A DNA stretch of 64,000 nucleotides. It comes from a virus (Duplodnaviria; Heunggongvirae; Uroviricota; Caudoviricetes). The number at the start of each line of letters is the position of its first letter. The stretch's first letter is position 1. Below, in pieces: positions 58,210-64,000 of this stretch. The stretch is taken from IMG/VR virus record IMGVR_UViG_2622736468_000003. One strand, given 5' to 3'. The notes beneath the pieces were generated by a model. The model saw only the letters and a program-made list of their open reading frames with translations. It was not told the DNA's origin and ran no database searches. Both the position numbers and the translations under genes were made by a program.

Positions 58210-58401
58210 CTATTTCACCTTAATCTCAACATTTCGCAGCTTTAGCTCTACTGGCAGGTCTGACTTTCCGGTTAATGCTAATGCGAGATTTTCTGGAGTA
58301 ATGAGAGCAGTTATTGTTTTCCCCCTCGCCAGACGAATAATCATTCGTATCTCGCAATCGTCACATGCTCCCGGTCGAACAATTGAGATTTGTCCGTCCA
58401 T
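58210..58401 (-). CDS. hypothetical protein
   Basis: track ORF, 63 aa, tightly packed in the leftward operon. Confidence 0.4.
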   Translation of the reverse strand: MDGQISIVRPGACDDCEIRMIIRLARGKTITALITPENLALALTGKSDLPVELKLRNVEIKVK

Positions 58402-58402
58402 C

Positions 58403-59011
58403 TCACTCTCCTTTGATGCGAATGCCAGCGTCAGACATCATATGCAGATACTCAACTGCATCCTGAACCCATTGACCGCCAATCCCGTAATAGCGATGCG
58501 TAATGATGTCGATAGTTACTAACGGGTCTTGTTCGATTAACTTCCGCAGAAACTCTTCCAGGTCACCAGTGCAGTGCTTGATGACAGGAGTTTTCCCAGG
58601 ATGGCGAACAACAAGAAACTGATTTCCGACTTCACGGACTTCGTTGCTTTCCAGTTCTGCAATGCGCTTCTCTGCGGCTTCCAGCTCAACTCTCAGCTTC
58701 CCTACTGTTAGCGCAATATCCTCGTTCTCCTGGTCGCGTGATTTGATGTATTGCTGGTTTCTTTCCCGTTCATCCAGCAGTTTCTGCACTAATTTAGGGT
58801 TGAAAGCTGCGATAAATTCTGCGTTGTTCTCTGCATTTTTCTGGTCGTCAAAGCCAGGCCATTTGATAATGTCTCCGCAACGTTCATCCCCCGGCGTATG
58901 CACCGCATATGTACCAGTGTCCGGCGAGATGAATGCACGCCATTCGCCCTGTGTTGCCTGTTGCGCTATCTTACGTAAGGTAGCTAATTGTTCGCTGGTA
59001 AAAGTCATCAT
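58403..59011 (-). CDS. Ea22/Ead-like protein
   Basis: ATQGEW...NAEFIAAFNP...LLDERERN pattern; start taken at the ATG overlapping the upstream stop. Confidence 0.45.
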   Translation of the reverse strand: MMTFTSEQLATLRKIAQQATQGEWRAFISPDTGTYAVHTPGDERCGDIIKWPGFDDQKNAENNAEFIAAFNPKLVQKLLDERERNQQYIKSRDQENEDIALTVGKLRVELEAAEKRIAELESNEVREVGNQFLVVRHPGKTPVIKHCTGDLEEFLRKLIEQDPLVTIDIITHRYYGIGGQWVQDAVEYLHMMSDAGIRIKGE

Positions 59012-59361
59012 GGTTGCATCTCCCGTTCTTCTGCCCACTTCCGAAGCCCTTCAATCTCACCATTACGAGCTATCAGCTCGCGACACAGTCTTTCGTTTTC
59101 ATCCAGTAGTGCCAGCACAGTAGCCGGATTGGCTGCGGCGATGAATTCAGCATTGGCCTGCTGTTCCATTTGGAAATCTTCATCGAAACCGCTTTCAGGA
59201 TGTGCTCCTTCAATTCTGCAAATGGGAATATATCCAGCAGCCTCGCGATGAATTAGTGCATCATCACCATCAAATCGGTTCTCTCCATATTCGAGCGACC
59301 ACTCACCACGCGTTGCTTTTTCTGCCTTTTCACGCAGTACCTGATAGTTAATCTCGCTCAT
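59008..59361 (-). CDS. Ea22/Ead-like protein (paralog)
   Basis: ATRGEW...NAEFIAAANP...LLDENERL pattern. Confidence 0.45.
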   Translation of the reverse strand: MSEINYQVLREKAEKATRGEWSLEYGENRFDGDDALIHREAAGYIPICRIEGAHPESGFDEDFQMEQQANAEFIAAANPATVLALLDENERLCRELIARNGEIEGLRKWAEEREMQP

Positions 59362-59632
59362 TTTTCTCTTCGCTCCGGTATACAAGAATTACAACGTCAC
59401 CTCTGCTAATTACGCGAGCTGGACCTCCTGGCTCCATGCTGTCAATCCCGAAGGCTTCGGAAAACGCATTCATTGCCTTCTGGCGTTGATCCTGCTTACG
59501 GCATTTATTCCATTTTTTCAGTAACAACAGCGATAGCCACCGCCCGGCGCAGAACATAATGTAAAAATAACCAAGAAGCGCCAGACCTGTGTTGAGGGCC
59601 GTATCGATCGTTATAGTGGTGTCTATGCTCAC
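59348..59632 (-). CDS. hypothetical membrane protein
   Basis: track ORF with hydrophobic N-terminal half. Confidence 0.4.
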   Translation of the reverse strand: MSIDTTITIDTALNTGLALLGYFYIMFCAGRWLSLLLLKKWNKCRKQDQRQKAMNAFSEAFGIDSMEPGGPARVISRGDVVILVYRSEEKNERD

Positions 59633-59850
59633 TTCACACCTCTCTGTTTGTTGATAAGTTCAATATCCTGCTGGCAACTGGCGCAAGCTCGGCATCCACG
59701 AACAGCCAGGCGTCGCCGCTCATCTATCGGATCGCCACACTCGCAACAATGAGTAGCAGATGGGGCATTACTATCGGATTTGTATTTTTGCAGGGAGAGA
59801 TTGCGCTGCAATTCTTCGATTTCAGCGGCATTGTCGATGATATCTGCCAT
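59629..59850 (-). CDS. TraR/DksA-family C4 zinc-finger protein
   Basis: CCECG...x17...CRACASC. Confidence 0.6.
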   Translation of the reverse strand: MADIIDNAAEIEELQRNLSLQKYKSDSNAPSATHCCECGDPIDERRRLAVRGCRACASCQQDIELINKQRGVK

Positions 59851-59871
59851 TTTCCTTTCCTTCAGGCATGA

Positions 59872-59895
59872 AAAAAGGAGCCGAAGCTCCTTTAG
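59872..59895 (-). terminator. rho-independent terminator (inverted copy of the 15822..15847 hairpin)
   Basis: GGAGCttcgGCTCC with T-run on the minus strand. Confidence 0.55.
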
Positions 59896-59897
59896 TT

Positions 59898-60527
59898 TCA
59901 GAATTCGAATTGCCTTGCCCGCAGGCTTTTCAGCATTGGCATGGCTCGTTGGATAACGGAACTTGACATGTCGAGACGTGTTACTTCCCTCAGTAACGCA
60001 TCTCTGTTCTTCGTCACCATGTAGATGGTCTCAAACGCAATGTCATACAGCTTGTTCGTGTATGAGGAGTTCAGCTCTTTCATGATGGGATACAGGTGTT
60101 TGCTGAGGTCCTGGGCTTTTTCCATCCAGAGCTGCATGTAGCAAAGGAGGATGATTTCCTCGGCTGTGAATTGCGGCTGTGGTTCTGCTTGTACTGGCTG
60201 AATGTTGCGAAGTTTCTTTTCGCACTCGATGAAGTAGCGGCGGATCTGGCGACCTTTTTCGTTACGTTCAACCATCGCAAGCTCTTTGGCTGTGTCGAGG
60301 GTGAGGTGGTATTCCTTGCGGCGGCGGCCTGGAGTTTTCGCCAAATTTGGCGAAAATAGAATGTAGTCTAAATTTTCTACGAATCCATACTCGTTTAGCC
60401 TGGCCCGTATCCAGTTAGAAAAATCTTTACCTACCTCTAAAAATCCATGCAAATCACGCGCGTTCACCAGAAGCGTAGGTTCATTTGAGATTGTACCTTC
60501 AAACACAGGGATGAGTTGAGTGGTCAT
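59898..60527 (-). CDS. antirepressor (AntA-type N-domain + KilA-C-like C-domain)
   Basis: GGAGG RBS; N-domain ...LVNARDLHGFLEV...YHLTLDTAKELAMVERNEKGRQIRRYFIECE; C-terminal ~95 aa shared with 15146..15817. Confidence 0.6.
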   Translation of the reverse strand: MTTQLIPVFEGTISNEPTLLVNARDLHGFLEVGKDFSNWIRARLNEYGFVENLDYILFSPNLAKTPGRRRKEYHLTLDTAKELAMVERNEKGRQIRRYFIECEKKLRNIQPVQAEPQPQFTAEEIILLCYMQLWMEKAQDLSKHLYPIMKELNSSYTNKLYDIAFETIYMVTKNRDALLREVTRLDMSSSVIQRAMPMLKSLRARQFEF

Positions 60528-60776
60528 GATGACCTCCTTTGGCTTTTTTCGAGAAATGCCACCACAAGATGTGGTGCCGGGAGGCTCGAAACGGCCCAAA
60601 AGATACCGCGGACTTATTCCCCTTGCGGGTGTTGTATTCGTCGCCCTCCCGACATTGATCGGGGATGTGACCGCACACTGTGCTATCACTGAATAACAGG
60701 CATAAAAAATCCAACACTGACGGGGTTGGTTTAATCCGCTTTTGGGAGGTTTTCGAGGCCTCGGCGCGGAGTATAG

Positions 60777-61064
60777 TCAGTATTGGACGCAGTCGTCAAC
60801 CATCGCAAGCTCTTTGGCTGTGTCGAGAGTTAGGTGGTAGTCCTTGCGGCGGCGATCACCTCCTCGACCTTTGGTTTGCCCATTTTGGCAAATCAAAATA
60901 TAGTCCAGGCTTTCAACGAATCCATATTCAGCAATGCGCTCTTTAACCCAGTGCGCGAACATTCTGCCCACACCAAGAAAAGAGTGTAGATCACGAGCGT
61001 TAACTAGAAGAGTTGTTTCGTTGTCGATAGTGCCGTTGAATACGGGGATGAGTTGACTGGTCAT
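60777..61064 (-). pseudogene. truncated duplicate of the AntA-type antirepressor N-domain
   Basis: 95-codon ORF with the same RBS/start context; ends ...LTLDTAKELAMVDDCVQY where it runs into the upstream region of the full copy. Confidence 0.5.
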
Positions 61065-61479
61065 GATGACCTCCTTATTTGTTTAGTTTATAACCGCCAG
61101 TTAGTAGCTGGCGGTCGGGTGTCAACTGAGCCAAATAAGAAGCTCTGGGCATATTCCCCTTGCGGGTGTTGTATTACGCCTCTCCACCCGACCTTTGTAC
61201 GGATGTAACTATGCCAAATTGCAGGCATAAAAAAGCCGCAAAGCTATCGGGTGCGGAGACCGCTTATTTGTTCAGTGCGATCAGTATGCGATAGCTCTGG
61301 CGGATTTGTCAAATCGTGCAGTAACATCCTTTTCTTCCTTGCCATTTCTCAATGATGACAAAGGGTGGATTCGGATTGGTATTGGGACAAAAGTGAGACA
61401 CACAAAGCTTTGCATCGGCTTACAAAGCTTTGCATGTTTTTCAATGTTGGGACGTGTGAGCGCAGAAATGACGGGCTAT

Positions 61480-61593
61480 CTAATTGATTTTAAACGATAC
61501 GTAACCAACTTTAAAATCTTTGCACGCCAGTTCGCAGGTTTTACAGCCAGTACAGCGGCTGGAATCGATAAAAAATCCATATTGTGTGGTCAT
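61480..61593 (-). pseudogene. ynfG: ynfG (DMSO-reductase-family Fe-S subunit), 5' remnant truncated at the prophage junction
   Basis: MTTQYGFFIDSSRCTGCKTCELACKDFK then divergent sequence and stop after 37 codons; intact YnfG is ~205 aa. Confidence 0.7.
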
Positions 61594-61603
61594 GGGCTAC
61601 TCC

Positions 61604-64000
61604 TTAAACCTTTTCGATCTGGACAAGATTGCTGTGCGACGGGTTTCCCTTTGCCAGCGGTGAAGGGCGGTGCGAGGTCAGAATATTGATACTGCCGCCG
61701 TGATCGACCCGGTCACCAAACATATCCGCTTTAAGCCAAGCACCTTGCCCGATGGCGGTAACGCCAGGCAGAATACGCGGAGTCACTTTTGCGGCAATCA
61801 GCATTTCTCCATTATTGTTAAATACCCGCACGGTATCGCCATGACGGATACCGCGTGCCTGAGCATCAATGGGGTTGATCCACACCTCTTGTGGGCAGGC
61901 CTGCTGTAACACATCAATATTGCCGTAGCTGGAGTGGGTACGCGCTTTGTAGTGGAAGCCCGTTAACTGCAGTGGATAGGTTTTCCGCAGGGGATCGTCC
62001 CAGCCATCAAAACCTGGGGTATACGCAGGAAGGGGATGAATAATTTCATCTTTTTTCAATTCCCAGGTATCTGCAATCTTCGCCAGTCGTTCAGAATAAA
62101 TTTCGATTTTCCCCGAAGGTGTTTTCAACGGGTTTGCCTGTGGATCTTCACGGAATGCGCGGAAAGCGACGTAGTGTTCTTCCGGGCATTTTTTCTTAAA
62201 GATCCCGGTCGTTTTCATCTCCTCGTAGTCGGGCATCTCAGGGTTACGTTCCTTCGTTTTCGCATGGAGATATTTGATCCATTCATGCTGACTGCGACCT
62301 TCAGTAAAGGTTTGATAAACGTCCGGTCCTAAGCGTTTGGCGACTTCACTCAGCATCCAGTAGATGGGTTTGCGTTCAAATTTTGCTGAGGTTGCGGGTT
62401 GGGCGAGGATCACATAGCCCATATTCCCGGCAGATTCATGAGAGATAAGGTCTTCTTGCTCTGTTGGCATCAGGTCGGGCAACAGGATATCGCAATACTT
62501 AGCCGAGGCCGTCATGAAGTGGTCAATGCCAACAATCATCTCGCACTTGCTGTCATCCTGAAGCACCTCATGGGTGTGATTGATGTCGCCATGTTGATTG
62601 ATCAATGTGTTACTGGCGTAGCACCATAAAAACTTGATGGGGACATCCAGTTTTTCTTTTCCACGAACACCATCACGGGTCGCGGTCATTTTCGTACCAT
62701 GGTCGATGGCATCTGTCCATGTAAAAACGGAAATCTGCGTTTTAACAGGATTCTCGAGCATCGGGAACCATTCTACCCCCAGATCCCAGCTACCTTCGCG
62801 TACACCTGAGTTGCCGCCGTTTATGCCGACGTTACCGGTAAGAACGGAAAGCATGGCAATAGCGCGGGACGTTTGTTCGCCGTTGGAGTGTCGTTGTGGC
62901 CCCCAACCCTGACAAATATAAGCAGGTTTTGCTGAACCGATCTCTCGTGCCAACTGGATAATTTTTTCTGCCGGGATGCTGGTGATTTTTGCTGCCCATT
63001 CCGGCGTTTTAGCTATGCCGTCAGGCCCTTCGCCCAGAATATAGGCTTTATAATGCGCGTTACGTGGTGCGTTGGCGGGCAGCGTTTTTTCATCGTAACC
63101 AACACAATATTTGTCGAGAAATGGCTGATCGACCATGTTTTCAGTAATCAGTACCCAGGCAATCGCACAGGCCAGTGCGCCATCGGTGCCAGGGCGAATG
63201 GGCAGCCATTCATCTTCACGCCCGGCAGCTGTGTCGTTATAACGTGGATCGATGACGATCATGCGTGCGTTTGAACGTTCGCGGGCTTGCTCGACGTAGT
63301 AAGTGACACCACCGCCGCTCATCCGTGTTTCTGCCGGGTTATTTCCGAACATAACGACCAGTTTCGTATTGGCGATATCATCCGGGCTGTTGCCATCATT
63401 GGCACCGAACATATAACTCATTGCGGCACTGATCTGTGCGGTACTGTAGCTGCCATAGCGACTGAGAAAACCACCACATGAGTTCATCAGACGGTACGGG
63501 ACGTTTGAGTTGGTGATGTTTCCGCCATCTACGCCTGTTCCGTACAGGACATGTACAGCCTCATTGCCGTAATCTTTAAGGATCCGCCGAAGATTATCAC
63601 TGATGGTATCCAGGGCTTCGTCCCAACTTATCCGTTCAAATTTACCTTCACCGCGCTTGCCGACGCGCTTCATGGGATATTTCAACCTATCAGGATGATT
63701 CATCCGTCGGCGGATAGAGCGCCCGCGTAAACACGCTCGAACCTGATGATTACCGTAGACGTCGTCACCTGTCGTATCAGATTCCACCCAGTACACGGTG
63801 TCATCTTTCACATGCAAACGTAACAGACAGCGGCTCCCGCAGTTAACGGTGCAGGAACTCCAGACCGCTTTCTCTTCTACCGGAGCCTGTGCCGCCCGGA
63901 CCATTTGGGAAAATGGCAGAGTGAAAGCACTGCTTGCCAGCGCAAGACTGCCAAGTGCGGAGGTTTTCATCAGACTTCTACGGCTGATTTCAGCCTTCAT
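61604..64000 (-). CDS. ynfF: YnfF, DMSO-reductase-family molybdopterin catalytic subunit (5' end beyond the window)
   Basis: 798-aa ORF with twin-arginine signal SRRSLMKTSALGSLALA and CTVNCGSRC cluster; ynfG start follows 10 nt downstream. Confidence 0.8.
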   Translation of the reverse strand: MKAEISRRSLMKTSALGSLALASSAFTLPFSQMVRAAQAPVEEKAVWSSCTVNCGSRCLLRLHVKDDTVYWVESDTTGDDVYGNHQVRACLRGRSIRRRMNHPDRLKYPMKRVGKRGEGKFERISWDEALDTISDNLRRILKDYGNEAVHVLYGTGVDGGNITNSNVPYRLMNSCGGFLSRYGSYSTAQISAAMSYMFGANDGNSPDDIANTKLVVMFGNNPAETRMSGGGVTYYVEQARERSNARMIVIDPRYNDTAAGREDEWLPIRPGTDGALACAIAWVLITENMVDQPFLDKYCVGYDEKTLPANAPRNAHYKAYILGEGPDGIAKTPEWAAKITSIPAEKIIQLAREIGSAKPAYICQGWGPQRHSNGEQTSRAIAMLSVLTGNVGINGGNSGVREGSWDLGVEWFPMLENPVKTQISVFTWTDAIDHGTKMTATRDGVRGKEKLDVPIKFLWCYASNTLINQHGDINHTHEVLQDDSKCEMIVGIDHFMTASAKYCDILLPDLMPTEQEDLISHESAGNMGYVILAQPATSAKFERKPIYWMLSEVAKRLGPDVYQTFTEGRSQHEWIKYLHAKTKERNPEMPDYEEMKTTGIFKKKCPEEHYVAFRAFREDPQANPLKTPSGKIEIYSERLAKIADTWELKKDEIIHPLPAYTPGFDGWDDPLRKTYPLQLTGFHYKARTHSSYGNIDVLQQACPQEVWINPIDAQARGIRHGDTVRVFNNNGEMLIAAKVTPRILPGVTAIGQGAWLKADMFGDRVDHGGSINILTSHRPSPLAKGNPSHSNLVQIEKV

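Noticed and set aside
61306-61689. 127-aa plus-strand ORF across the ynfG remnant and ynfF 3' end
   Set aside because: Antisense to ynfF/ynfG, which are supported by strong recalled homology
1-64000. Integrase, excisionase, rRNA, tRNA and CRISPR arrays
   Set aside because: None found by reading; the integrase is presumably at the other prophage end outside this window

Overview
This 64-kb window is almost entirely a lambdoid prophage with enterobacterial (E. coli/Shigella-type) 933W-like architecture, ending inside the host ynfG gene (ynfF / truncated ynfG at 61.5-64 kb). Left to right: leftward early genes including N; a cI-linked accessory operon (two small uncharacterised ORFs plus a eukaryotic-like Ser/Thr kinase, split by a composite IS66); cI/cro/cII; an O-like initiator with ~58-bp direct repeats and a DnaC-like loader; a toxin-rich nin region (hok-like, Doc-like and HigB-like modules, NinB/NinE/RusA/NinH); Q; an uncharacterised ORF in the stx slot (no stx, no tRNAs); a nanS-p-like esterase split by IS629; pinholin/SAR endolysin/Rz/Rz1; an Ais-like phosphatase moron; a terS fragment plus a second IS66; terL, portal, capsid, a collagen-like tail fibre, a lom-like OMP, a second hok-like gene, internal virion proteins including a 2783-aa giant protein; then leftward accessory genes (DUF551-like, Ea22-like, TraR-type zinc finger, antirepressor modules). 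No integrase, rRNA, tRNA or CRISPR array was seen. The best candidate for an under-described system is the cI-linked kinase operon; the stx-slot ORF, the Ais-like moron and the giant virion protein are secondary candidates. All calls rest on motif reading, synteny and recalled family knowledge; no searches were run. Five frame disruptions, possibly six, sit in G/C homopolymers and may be sequencing artefacts.
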